Shown: positions 1 to 9,083 of the stretch, piece by piece
Layout of the letters: each line of letters begins with the position of its first letter
Numbering within the stretch: the stretch's first letter is position 1
Source: Candidatus Acidiferrum sp.
GTDB taxonomy: Bacteria; Methylomirabilota; Methylomirabilia; Rokubacteriales; CSP1-6
Reading direction: 5' to 3'
DNA length: 64,000 bases
Assembly: GCA_035317605.1 (NCBI GenBank)
Contig: DATHGT010000197.1
Location: 3,883-67,882, forward strand
Translations under genes and position numbers: made by a program
Notes under the pieces: generated by a model
The model's input: only the letters and a program-made list of their open reading frames with translations
Told to the model about the DNA's origin: nothing
Databases searched by the model: none

Positions 1-110
1 AACACCAGCCGCTCGGTGCCGCGGACGAAGACGAGCCCGCAGGACTCCGCGGGGTATTCATCGACGGCCTGCTTGCGGATCGCCTCCAGCTCGGACGGGG
101 TGAGGATCAT
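1..110 (-). CDS. JAB/MPN+ (Mec/M67-family) metallopeptidase, N-terminal part, truncated by window edge
   Basis: Manual translation from ATG at 110: MILTPSELEAIRKQAVDEYPAESCGLVFVRGTERLV. Has the YPxExCG motif of Mec-like JAB peptidases. ATGA overlap with the sulfur-carrier stop. Not in the ORF track. Confidence 0.75.
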   Translation of the reverse strand, partial: MILTPSELEAIRKQAVDEYPAESCGLVFVRGTERLV

Positions 111-400
111 CCGGCTCGCCTGAAACTGCCGCCGGCGAGGGCGGGGATGATCGTGACCTCGTCGCCGTCCTTGAGCGGAGTGGCGAGACCCGACAGGGCC
201 TCGATCTCCTCGTTGTTGACGTAGATGTTGACGTGGCGGTGCACTTCCCCGCCCTCGCCCCGCACCAGGCCCCGGAGCGAGGCGTACTCGCCCTCCAGCT
301 CGTCGAGCAGCCCGGCGATCGTGGGGGCATGACCCTCCACGCGATCACGATTGTTGGTGGCCCGCCGGAACGGCGTCGGGATGTAGACGGTCACGGACAT
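107..400 (-). CDS. MoaD/ThiS/CysO-family ubiquitin-like sulfur carrier with C-terminal extension after GG
   Basis: MSVTVYIP...VNIYVNNEEI...LKDGDEVTIIPALAGG followed by SFRRAG; CysO-like beta-grasp signature. Confidence 0.9.
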   Translation of the reverse strand: MSVTVYIPTPFRRATNNRDRVEGHAPTIAGLLDELEGEYASLRGLVRGEGGEVHRHVNIYVNNEEIEALSGLATPLKDGDEVTIIPALAGGSFRRAG

Positions 401-409
401 GACGTCCTC

Positions 410-1330
410 CTAACCCAGGCTCAAGTAGCGCTCGCCGGTGTCGGGCAACACCGTGAGCACGAGCTGCGAAGGGGTGAGGGTGGCGGCCACCGCGCACGCC
501 GCGAAGACGGCGGCGCCGGCCGAGATGCCCACCAGCAAGCCTTCCTCGCGCGCCAGGCGGCGCGACCAGACGATGGCGTCCTCGTCCCTCACCGTGATGA
601 TCTCATCGATGATGTCGCGGTTCAGCACGCCGGGCACGAACGAGGCGCCGATGCCCTGGATGGCGTGGGGCCGTGCCCGTCCCCCCGAGAGCACCGGCGA
701 GCGCGCGGGCTCCACGGCCACGACTCGCAGACCCGCGATCTTCTCCTTGAGGACCTCGCCCACGCCGGTCAGCGTGCCGCCCGTGCCCACCCCCGCCACG
801 AACGCGTCGAGCTTCTGGCCGCCGAGAGCTTCCAGGATCTCGAGCGCGGTGCCGCGCCGGTGCGCCTCGGGGTTGGCGGGGTTCTGGAACTGCTGCGGCA
901 TCACGTAGTCCGGATGCTCGCGGACCAATTCTTGGGCGGCGAAGACGGCGCCGGTCATGCCCTCGATGGCCGGGGTGAGATGGATCTCGGCGCCGAGCCG
1001 GGCCAGCAAGCGCTGGCGCTCCACGCTCATGTCGTCGGGCATGGTGAGGATGAGGCGATAGCCTTTGACGGCGGCCGCGATGGCCAGACCGATCCCGGTG
1101 TTGCCGCTGGTCGGCTCCACCAGCGTGCCGCCGGGACGCAGGAGCCCTTGACGCTCGGCGTCCTCCACCATCGAGAGCGCGATACGGTCCTTCACGCTGC
1201 CGCCCGGGTTCAGCGATTCGACCTTGGCGACGACCACCGCGCCCTCGGGCTTGGGCAGTCGGTTGAGACGGACGAGGGGCGTGTGACCGATGAGCTCCAG
1301 CACGCTGCGCGCGATCCGAAGCTCGGCCAT
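410..1330 (-). CDS. cysK: Cysteine synthase A (O-acetylserine sulfhydrylase)
   Basis: Start MAELRIARSVLELIGHTPLV at 1330; PLP motif KVESLNPGGSVKDR, EPTSGNTGIGLA, GVGTGGT, PDTGERYLS. Confidence 0.93.
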   Translation of the reverse strand: MAELRIARSVLELIGHTPLVRLNRLPKPEGAVVVAKVESLNPGGSVKDRIALSMVEDAERQGLLRPGGTLVEPTSGNTGIGLAIAAAVKGYRLILTMPDDMSVERQRLLARLGAEIHLTPAIEGMTGAVFAAQELVREHPDYVMPQQFQNPANPEAHRRGTALEILEALGGQKLDAFVAGVGTGGTLTGVGEVLKEKIAGLRVVAVEPARSPVLSGGRARPHAIQGIGASFVPGVLNRDIIDEIITVRDEDAIVWSRRLAREEGLLVGISAGAAVFAACAVAATLTPSQLVLTVLPDTGERYLSLG

Positions 1331-1758
1331 CAGATGTAGTACATCGAGCGGACGGCGGCGCGCCGCTCGCGCGCGCGAGAGGCCAGCTCGCCGAAGGTGA
1401 GGCCGTCGACCACCTTCGACACCGCCTCGCCGATTTCCGTCCACAGCTCGATCAGGTCGTACCCGTTGCCGCGCCTGCCCATGACTTCGAAGGGCGCGTG
1501 CTCGCCTTCCACCGCGCGCAGCACCGCCCCCACCGTGATCTCCTCGGGCGGGCGGGTCAGGTGATAGCCGCCCGACGAGCCGCGCTTGGAGGTGAGGAGG
1601 CCCGACCGCTTCAGCGCGAGCAGGACCTGCTCGAGATAACGCTGCGGAATCGCCTGGCGGGCGGCGATGTCCTGGATGGGGATCAGCTCGGCCCGCTGGT
1701 GCATGGCCAGGTCCAGCACCGCCTTGATCGCGTATTCGGCCTTGGCCGAGACCCGCAT
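1330..1758 (-). CDS. Rrf2-family regulator, CymR-like (no Fe-S cysteines, C-terminal MYYI)
   Basis: AEYAIKA...YLEQVLLALKRSGLLTSKRGSSGGYHL; ends MYYI; adjacent to cysK. Confidence 0.9.
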   Translation of the reverse strand: MRVSAKAEYAIKAVLDLAMHQRAELIPIQDIAARQAIPQRYLEQVLLALKRSGLLTSKRGSSGGYHLTRPPEEITVGAVLRAVEGEHAPFEVMGRRGNGYDLIELWTEIGEAVSKVVDGLTFGELASRARERRAAVRSMYYI

Positions 1759-1773
1759 GGCGCCGCGTCCGGC

Positions 1774-2760
1774 TCAGGCCTCGCCGCCGTGCTCGAGCAC
1801 GCGCGCGGCGTCCTTGGCGAAGTAGGTGATCACGATGTCGGCGCCGGCGCGACGGATCGAGGTCAGGGCCTCCATCATCGCCCGCTTCTCGTCGAGCCAG
1901 CCGAGCTGGCCGGCGGCCTTGATCATCGCGTACTCGCCGGAGACCGAGTAGGCGGCCAGCGGCAGGCCGAAGTCCGCCTTGGCCCGCGAGATGATGTCGA
2001 GATACGGCAAGGCCGGCTTCACCATGATGATGTCCGCGCCCTCGTCGACGTCCAGCGCGATCTCGCGCATGGCCTCGATGCCGTTGGCCGGATCCATCTG
2101 ATACCCGCGGCGGTCGCCGAACTGCGGCGCCGAGCCGGCCGCCTCGCGGAACGGTCCGTAGAAGGCCGAGGCGTACTTCGCCGAATACGCCATGATCGGG
2201 GTGTCGATGTAGCTCGCCTCGTCCAGGGCCTCGCGGATGGCGGCGACCCGACCGTCCATCATGTCCGACGGGGCCACCACGTCGGCGCCGGCCTCGGCGT
2301 GGGACACCGCCGTCCGCGCCAGCAGCTCCAGGGTGGGATCGTTGCGCACGGTGCCGTCCTCGACGATCCCGCAGTGCCCGTGGCTGGTGTACTCGCACAG
2401 GCACACATCGGTGATCACCAGCAGGTCGGGGACCCTGTCCTTCACCGCCCGCACCGCCTGCTGGATGATGCCGTCCTCCGCGTACGCCTCGGACGCGCGC
2501 GCGTCCTTCTCGGCGGGCACGCCGAAGAGCAGGATCGCGGGGATGCCCATGCCGGCCGCGTCCTTGGCTTCCTTCAGCAGCTCGTCGATGGACACCCGGA
2601 ACTGGCCGGGCATGGCCGAGATCGGCTCGCGCACGGAGCGCCCGTGAGTCACGAAGAGCGGATAGACGAAGTCGTCGACGCTGAGCGTTGTCTCGCGCAC
2701 CATCCGCCGCAAGAGCGGCTTCTCACGCAACCGTCGGGGACGAAACACCATGTGCGCCAT
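1774..2760 (-). CDS. hemB: Porphobilinogen synthase
   Basis: [14 protein letters not shown] Zn site, [38 protein letters not shown]. Confidence 0.97.
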   Translation of the reverse strand: MAHMVFRPRRLREKPLLRRMVRETTLSVDDFVYPLFVTHGRSVREPISAMPGQFRVSIDELLKEAKDAAGMGIPAILLFGVPAEKDARASEAYAEDGIIQQAVRAVKDRVPDLLVITDVCLCEYTSHGHCGIVEDGTVRNDPTLELLARTAVSHAEAGADVVAPSDMMDGRVAAIREALDEASYIDTPIMAYSAKYASAFYGPFREAAGSAPQFGDRRGYQMDPANGIEAMREIALDVDEGADIIMVKPALPYLDIISRAKADFGLPLAAYSVSGEYAMIKAAGQLGWLDEKRAMMEALTSIRRAGADIVITYFAKDAARVLEHGGEA

Positions 2761-2772
2761 GCTGAGCTCCTT

Positions 2773-3582
2773 TCACGTGCGCGACGGCGCGCCGGCTCGG
2801 GCTCCGAAATGCCGGGCCAGCGCCCTCGCGAGCGCGGGGATCGTGTAGTCGGATGGCATCACGGTCGTGGTCAAGCCGTGCTCGGCGGCGGTGGCCGCGG
2901 TGATCGGGCCGATCGAGGCCACGGTCACACCCGCGAACCAGGCCCGTCGCTCGTCGTCGGTGAAGAGTCGGGCGAAGTTGCGCGCGGTCGACGAGCTCGT
3001 AAAGGTCAGGGCGTCGACCTCGTGGGCGGCCAGGGCGGCCCGGAGCACGCCGGACACCTCGCCGGGCGGACGCGTGCGATAAGCCGCGATCTCGGTGACC
3101 TCGGCGCCGAGCCGTCGCAGCTCGGTGACGAGCACGTCGCGGGTCTCGGCGGCGCGGGGCAGCAGGATCCGATCCCCGATGGCCACGAGGCCGCGCAGCC
3201 GCTCGACGAGGCCCTCGGCGCGATACTCGCCCGGCACGACGTCGGCGCGAACGCCGCGCGCCTCGAGGGCCGCCGCGGTGGCCGGGCCGATGGCCGCCAT
3301 TCGGATACCACCGAAGGTCGACCATCCGCGGCCGACAGCACGCAGGCGTTCGTCGACCATGAGGACGCCGTTGACGCTCGTGAACGCGACCCAGGTGAAG
3401 CGAGAGGCGTCGGCGAGGGCCGCGTCGAGCGGCGCCCAGCTCTCCGGCGGCTCGATGACGATGGTGGGCGCTTCGATCACGCGCGCGCCGTCGCTCTCGA
3501 GCAGCGCGGTGAACGCGCCGGCCTGCTCGGCAGCGCGCGTGACCACGATGGTCCGGCCGTCGAGCGGACGGGGCGCGCTCAT
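2773..3582 (-). CDS. hemD: Uroporphyrinogen-III synthase
   Basis: MSAPRPLDGRTIVVTRA..., FTSVNGV, AIGPATA, FTSSST, SIGPITA; ATGA overlap with hemC stop. Confidence 0.92.
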   Translation of the reverse strand: MSAPRPLDGRTIVVTRAAEQAGAFTALLESDGARVIEAPTIVIEPPESWAPLDAALADASRFTWVAFTSVNGVLMVDERLRAVGRGWSTFGGIRMAAIGPATAAALEARGVRADVVPGEYRAEGLVERLRGLVAIGDRILLPRAAETRDVLVTELRRLGAEVTEIAAYRTRPPGEVSGVLRAALAAHEVDALTFTSSSTARNFARLFTDDERRAWFAGVTVASIGPITAATAAEHGLTTTVMPSDYTIPALARALARHFGARAGAPSRT

Positions 3583-4514
3583 GGCGACCATCGCGTTGGT
3601 TGGAGCGGAGTGAGCGCCTCCGCGCCGCGCTCCAGCAGTAGCTCCGCGAGCCCGCGCCCGATCGCCTCGGCGTCGCCGGGCGCTCCCCCCGCGTCGGCGC
3701 GCAGCACCTGGCGGCCGTCCTCGCTCGCCACGAGGGCGCTCATGAAGAGCCGCGGACGCTCCACGAGCCCCACCAGGGTGGCGTGAGCGGCCATCGGGGT
3801 GTGGCACGAGGCCCCGAGCCGTCTCAGATAGGCGCGCTCCGCCCGCGCGCACGTCTCGGTGAGCGGATCGTTCAAGCCGGCCACGAGGTCGCGGATCGCT
3901 CCGTCGCCGTCGCGGATCTCGAGGGCGAGGATCCCCTGCCCCACGGCCGGCACGAACGTCTCCACGTCGAGCCGGCACACGTGAGGGGGATCCAGCGCGA
4001 GGCGGCGGAGACCGGCCGCCGCCAGCACCACCGCGTCGCACTCGCGGGAGGCCAGCTTGGCGAGCCGGGTGTCGACGTTACCCCGGAGCGGGACCACCGA
4101 AAGATCGGACCGCGCGGCGAGCAGCAGCGCCCGGCGGCGGAGACTGGAGGTTCCGATCACGGCGCCGGCGGGCAGCTCGTCGAGGCCGGCCGCGGTGCGC
4201 GTGACGAGCACGTCGCACGGGTCTTCGCGCGGCGGAAACGCGGCCAGCGCGAGACCGTCGGGCGTGTCGGCCGGCAAGTCCTTGAGGCTGTGCACCGCGA
4301 GGTCCACGCGCCGGGCCAGCAACGCCTTCTCGATCTCCCGCACGAAGAGCCCCTTGCCCCCGACGTCCGCGAGCCGCGCGTCCTGGCGCCGGTCGCCTTC
4401 GGTGCGCATCGACACGATCTCGACCCGCGCCCCCACCTCGCGCAGCGCGGCGGCCACGGAGCCGGCCTGGGCCAGGGCGAGCGCGCTGCCCCGCGTGCCG
4501 ATCCGGACCTTCAT
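3579..4514 (-). CDS. hemC: Hydroxymethylbilane synthase
   Basis: IGTRGSALAL, GGKGLFVREI, DLAVHSLKD, GTSSLRR, LRGNVDTRL. Confidence 0.96.
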   Translation of the reverse strand: MKVRIGTRGSALALAQAGSVAAALREVGARVEIVSMRTEGDRRQDARLADVGGKGLFVREIEKALLARRVDLAVHSLKDLPADTPDGLALAAFPPREDPCDVLVTRTAAGLDELPAGAVIGTSSLRRRALLLAARSDLSVVPLRGNVDTRLAKLASRECDAVVLAAAGLRRLALDPPHVCRLDVETFVPAVGQGILALEIRDGDGAIRDLVAGLNDPLTETCARAERAYLRRLGASCHTPMAAHATLVGLVERPRLFMSALVASEDGRQVLRADAGGAPGDAEAIGRGLAELLLERGAEALTPLQPTRWSP

Positions 4515-5782
4515 CGCGACGGGCGCAGGCCGAACAGCTCGTGCACCAGCTCGGTCCAGGAGCGTCCGGCGCCGGCGCGCGAGGACTGGCGCAGCTTGGT
4601 GATCGGCGCGTGGAGGATCTTGTTCACGATCGCGGTCGACAGCGCTTCGAGGGCCGCCCGCGTCTCCGGCGACGCCTCCGGGATCCGGGCCAGCGCCTTC
4701 TGGACTTCGCCCGCGCGGATGCCCTCCAGCCGCTCGCGCAGCGACACGATGGTGGGGATCACTTCCACGTCGGCGAGGCGGGCGCGGAACTTGGCGACCT
4801 CACGCTCGACGAGGGCTTCCGCGCGCTGGGCCTCGCGCGCCCGCTCGCGGAGGTTGGCGTCGACCACCTGCTTGAGGTCGTCGATGTCGTAGCAGTAGAC
4901 GTCGTCGAGGGTGTCCGCGCTGGCCTCGACGTCGCGCGGCACCGCGATGTCGATGAAGAACAGCGGGCGATTGCGCCGCCCGTGCGTGGCCCGCTCGACC
5001 ATCTCGCGGCTGATCACCGGCTCGGGCGCTCCGGTGGACGTGATCACGATGTCGACGCTGGCCAGGGCCGTGGGCAGCTCGTCGAACGGGACGGCGGTCC
5101 CCGCGAGCGCGCGGGCCAGTTCCTGGGCGCGGGCCAGCGTGCGGTTGGTGACGTAGATCGGAAACGCGCCCTGCTCCACGAGGTGACGCGCGGCCAGCTC
5201 GCTCATCTCGCCCGCGCCCACGACGAGCACGGCCTTGCCGGAGAGGCCGGCGAAGATCTTGCGGGCCAGCTCGACGGCCGCGAACGAGACCGAGACCGCG
5301 TGGCGGCCGATCTCCGTCTCCGTGCGGACTCGCTTGGCCACCGCGAAGGCCTGGGTGAACAGCGTGTGGAGGGTCGGGCCCACGGTCTGGCAGGACTGGG
5401 CCAGCGCGAAGGCGTCCTTCACCTGGCCCAGGATCTGGGGCTCGCCGATCAGCATCGAGTCGAGGCTCGCGCTCACCCGGAAGACGTGCTGCACGGCCTC
5501 GGCGTCGAGGTGCGTGTAGAGCAGCGGCTCGACGGTCGCGGGATCGAGTCCCCGGTTCCGGCAGAGACGGCGAAAGGCGACGGATCGCGCTTCGCCGGGG
5601 ACGTCGGCCACGGCGTAGACCTCCACGCGGTTGCAGGTCGAGATCACCACGACCTCGTCGACCACGCCGGCGTCCTGCACGTCGCGGAGCAGCTCCCGCA
5701 GCTTGTCTTCCTCGACGGCCAGCGTCTCGCGCAGCTCGACCGGGGCCGTGCGGTGGTTCAGGCCGGCGACGAAGAGCGCCAT
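4511..5782 (-). CDS. hemA: Glutamyl-tRNA reductase
   Basis: MALFVAGLNHRTAPVELRE, STCNRVE, SLDSMLIGEPQILGQVK, VGAGEM, DIAVPRDV. Confidence 0.96.
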   Translation of the reverse strand: MALFVAGLNHRTAPVELRETLAVEEDKLRELLRDVQDAGVVDEVVVISTCNRVEVYAVADVPGEARSVAFRRLCRNRGLDPATVEPLLYTHLDAEAVQHVFRVSASLDSMLIGEPQILGQVKDAFALAQSCQTVGPTLHTLFTQAFAVAKRVRTETEIGRHAVSVSFAAVELARKIFAGLSGKAVLVVGAGEMSELAARHLVEQGAFPIYVTNRTLARAQELARALAGTAVPFDELPTALASVDIVITSTGAPEPVISREMVERATHGRRNRPLFFIDIAVPRDVEASADTLDDVYCYDIDDLKQVVDANLRERAREAQRAEALVEREVAKFRARLADVEVIPTIVSLRERLEGIRAGEVQKALARIPEASPETRAALEALSTAIVNKILHAPITKLRQSSRAGAGRSWTELVHELFGLRPSR

Positions 5783-6591
5783 CAGGAGCCGTGACGTCCG
5801 GGAAGGAAGAGGCCCGCCCCCAGCGTCACCACGAGCGCGGCGAAGCCGACCACCGCGAAGTACGCGGCGCGGCGACCGTGCCAGCCGGCCGCCGCCCGTC
5901 CGGCCAGCGTGGCCGCGTAGATCGTCCACGCCACGAACGAGAACAGGGCCAGCGGATCGAACGCGAACAGGCTCCCCCACGCCGTCCCCGCCCACAACGC
6001 GCCCAGGATCAGCCCCACGGTCAGGAAGGGAAATCCCAGCGCGAGCGTGCGATAGGTCAGCCGATCGAGCGTCTCGAGCGCCGGCAAGCGGTAGTAGAAC
6101 GCGCCGAGACGTTTGGTCCTGAGCTGATGCTCCTGCAGGAGATACATCACCGCGCCCGCGAAGTTGAGGACGAACGCGGCGATCCCGACGGTGGCCAGTG
6201 TGATGTGGACCCAGATCCAAGCGCTCCCGAGCGTCGGACCGATCTGCGCCAGGCCCGCCGAGCGGATGATCGTCTTCAGACTCAGCACGACGACGATCGG
6301 CAACACGAAGGCGCCCAGGACCTTCACCTGGTAGCGGCGCTCGATCCACAGCTGGACCAGCACCACGACCCAAACCGCTGTCGATACCGAGTCGGGGACC
6401 GTGCCGATTGGCGGGCGTCCCGTCTGGATCGCCAGGGCGATCAACCCGAGCGTGTGTAACGCCCAGGCGGCCGCCGTCGCCAGCGAGGCCAGCCGATGGA
6501 CGAATTCCTCTCGCTGGATCAGATAGGCGAGGGCGAGACCGGTGGCACAGACGTACCCGACCACGGCGAGGTTGAGGACCGATGCGTACAT
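5782..6591 (-). CDS. ccsA: CcsA/ResC-family cytochrome c biogenesis membrane protein
   Basis: Multi-TM protein; WIWVHI, LGFPFLTVGLILGALWA, W...FDP...W motifs; usual position upstream of hemA. Confidence 0.85.
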   Translation of the reverse strand: MYASVLNLAVVGYVCATGLALAYLIQREEFVHRLASLATAAAWALHTLGLIALAIQTGRPPIGTVPDSVSTAVWVVVLVQLWIERRYQVKVLGAFVLPIVVVLSLKTIIRSAGLAQIGPTLGSAWIWVHITLATVGIAAFVLNFAGAVMYLLQEHQLRTKRLGAFYYRLPALETLDRLTYRTLALGFPFLTVGLILGALWAGTAWGSLFAFDPLALFSFVAWTIYAATLAGRAAAGWHGRRAAYFAVVGFAALVVTLGAGLFLPGRHGS

Positions 6592-6670
6592 AGACGTTAC
6601 GTTCTCAGCGTATCGGACTTTAGCACAATTCCGATGGGTTAAAGGGTCGCGGGCACGCCCAGGCGAGCCG

Positions 6671-7288
6671 TCATGGCTGCGCGGCGTGGCGTCGAATGAG
6701 ATCGGCGAAGTCTTCCGCCGGAAGCTTCTCGGCCCAGTCGGACGCCCCGGGGTCGTGCAAAGGACCAGCGGCCGTGATGTCGACCGCCTCGGCCCGAGTC
6801 GTGAGCGTACGGAAGAGGTGAACGGTCGCTCCGCCCGGACGGCGGAGATGGAAGATGGGATCGATCGGAGAGCTCGGCCGGTGCTCGACGCGAGCGCCTG
6901 ACGCGTCGTAGGTCGTCCACAGGGCGGCGATTCCATGAGCGGAGAGCACGCGGGCGCGCACGGAGTCCTCGGCCGGAAGCGACCCGATGTCCGTGAGCCT
7001 CGGGCCGTAGTAGATCGGCACCGAGGCCTCTTCGATGGCGAGATCCCACGGGAGTGGCGATCCAACTCGGTCCAGCGTCACTTTGCTCGCCTCGCCGATC
7101 CAGTAAAGTGCGCCGGGCAGCGGTTCGCGATGCTCGAGCGCGTACGCCGCCCGACGCGCTTCGTCGTCACCCATCCAGAACAGGTCGCCGCGGTAGAGGT
7201 CGGGCCACGCCTCGATCAATAGGCCCGGCAGCTCGCGGCGCCGTCGCGCGATCTCTCCGTCGTCGCTGACCAGATAGACGCGGCCCAT
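6671..7288 (-). CDS. Hypothetical protein (205 aa)
   Basis: Protein-like segment MGRVYLVSDDGE...RRHAAQP fills the gap between fdhE and ccsA; no recognisable family. Confidence 0.65.
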   Translation of the reverse strand: MGRVYLVSDDGEIARRRRELPGLLIEAWPDLYRGDLFWMGDDEARRAAYALEHREPLPGALYWIGEASKVTLDRVGSPLPWDLAIEEASVPIYYGPRLTDIGSLPAEDSVRARVLSAHGIAALWTTYDASGARVEHRPSSPIDPIFHLRRPGGATVHLFRTLTTRAEAVDITAAGPLHDPGASDWAEKLPAEDFADLIRRHAAQP

Positions 7289-7302
7289 ACGGCGCGGGCA
7301 GA

Positions 7303-8145
7303 TTACTCGGCCGGTGGGACCAGCTGGATCAGCGTCGGGATCGGGCGCCAGAACTCCTGGCGGTGCGCGATGAGATCGAGATGGGGCGAGCCCCAATCCT
7401 CGACCAGGCCACAACCGGTGTTCCAGCGCACGCGATGGTCGAGCTCCTTGACGTAACCACGGCATGACCGGCAGGCGCTGACGGCGTATCCCTCGTCCGG
7501 GCCCTCGGCCATCAGCCGGACGAAGTCCGCCGCGGCCCGGGTGCCGCAGAACGGGCACGCGAGACGGGCAAACGTCCAGCCGGTGCCGCACACATGACAG
7601 ATGAGCTGTCGGCGCCCGTCCTCGAGCAGATCGGCGAAGCCCGGGGGGGCGCCACAGCACGGGCAAATCCCCAGGTCCCACCCGCTGTCCTCGATGTACT
7701 CGCGGCAGTCGGCGAAGTACGCGTCGAGCGCCGGCCGCAGACCGACCACGGCCAGGAACGCCAGAGCGTCCTGCGAGAGCTGGGAGCGCTCCTGGACTTC
7801 GATGGAGGCGATCCGGCCGCGCTCCGGGAACAACGCGGTCGGCCCGATCTCGCCGTGGTCCCACGCCCCGGCGAATTCCCGCACGTCTTCCTCGAAGAGC
7901 GCAAGAACTTCCAGGCCGGAGTCGAGCAGGCTCTCCAGACTGTCAGGCGCGATGCTCGGCGATGCCTGGGCCAGCAAGGGCGCGCCCTTCGACCAACAGG
8001 CGCGGCACGCCTCGGCACTCCAGCGAAGGGGCGCGGGCCGCTCACCCTGCCATTCGGCCCACGCCCGAAACACCCGACTGAGCGGCTCCAGCGTCTCGTG
8101 GAAGGTCGGCCGGCGTTGGAGCAGGCCCTCCCACTCGGTGAGCAA
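7303..8145 (-). CDS. fdhE: Formate dehydrogenase accessory protein FdhE
   Basis: CPCCG, CHVCGTGW, CPFCG and CRSCRGYVKE cysteine pairs typical of FdhE; start approximate (TTG 8145 after GGAGG). Confidence 0.85.
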   Translation of the reverse strand: MLTEWEGLLQRRPTFHETLEPLSRVFRAWAEWQGERPAPLRWSAEACRACWSKGAPLLAQASPSIAPDSLESLLDSGLEVLALFEEDVREFAGAWDHGEIGPTALFPERGRIASIEVQERSQLSQDALAFLAVVGLRPALDAYFADCREYIEDSGWDLGICPCCGAPPGFADLLEDGRRQLICHVCGTGWTFARLACPFCGTRAAADFVRLMAEGPDEGYAVSACRSCRGYVKELDHRVRWNTGCGLVEDWGSPHLDLIAHRQEFWRPIPTLIQLVPPAE

Positions 8146-8156
8146 CGTCCCTCCGT

Positions 8157-9083
8157 CTACGATGCTTGTCCCGCCGCGATCAGGACGTATTTCACGAGGA
8201 AGCCCCCGACGAGGACGAGCGCCGACACCAGGGCCACCATTCCCGGCGCGCCCGCCCGCCGCTGAAGCACGAGGGGCACGACGATGCCGACGATCACGGC
8301 GCCCAGCCAGAACGGAATGCTGTACGGTCCGGCCAGCAACCGACCCAAGGCCGCCGAGATCCCGGCGGAGCCGGCCATCTTGACCGAGACGACGAACAGG
8401 ATCAGCGCGATCAGCTCGACCACGAGCGCCATCGACGTGACGCGCATCACCCGCGTCAACCCCTCTCGCGCGCCGGCGCCGCGGAGCAGCGCGAGGACCA
8501 GGGCAATCGCCGCACCACCCGTCGCGGCGCCCACGGCCAGGAAGATCGCGCCGAGCCAGTGAGCGTTGACGAAGAGCGGCCGGGCGGTGGCTCCGAGAAG
8601 CACGCCCGGATACGCGGCGATGAAGAACCCGAACACGCTGCCGACCAGGCCGACCACCGTGCGTAGACGGATCATGCTGCGGCCACCACGGTCCGTGAGA
8701 AACACGTCCAGCGCACAGAGGAACGTGCACAGTCCGAACACGAGCAGGGCCCAGGAGCCCGCGCTCATCGGCGAGAAGGGCTTCAGGTGGAGCGGCCCGA
8801 CCGTCACCGCGCCCATGCCGATGGCGGTCGATGGCTTCGACACCATCAGCATGTGGAGGAACCGCGTGGGGTAACCGAGGTCGACGATGAGGAGGATCGG
8901 GCACGGCAGGAGGGCGAGGAACGCCACGTAATAGCCGATCCGCACGATGTCCTGGTAGCGTCGGCCGTCGACGAGGTTGGCGATCGTGGCGATGACGAAC
9001 GCCCCGCCGGCCACGCCGCCGAGGAAGAAGTAGAGGTCGATCAGGAGCGGCCAGTTGGAGCTCTGGAGCAGTCCGGGTTCCAT
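8157..9083 (-). CDS. NrfD/PsrC-family molybdoenzyme membrane anchor
   Basis: W..LIDLYFFLGGVAGG, LIVDLGYPTRF, SPMSAGSW, YPGVLLGAT; about 8 TM helices. Confidence 0.9.
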   Translation of the reverse strand: MEPGLLQSSNWPLLIDLYFFLGGVAGGAFVIATIANLVDGRRYQDIVRIGYYVAFLALLPCPILLIVDLGYPTRFLHMLMVSKPSTAIGMGAVTVGPLHLKPFSPMSAGSWALLVFGLCTFLCALDVFLTDRGGRSMIRLRTVVGLVGSVFGFFIAAYPGVLLGATARPLFVNAHWLGAIFLAVGAATGGAAIALVLALLRGAGAREGLTRVMRVTSMALVVELIALILFVVSVKMAGSAGISAALGRLLAGPYSIPFWLGAVIVGIVVPLVLQRRAGAPGMVALVSALVLVGGFLVKYVLIAAGQAS

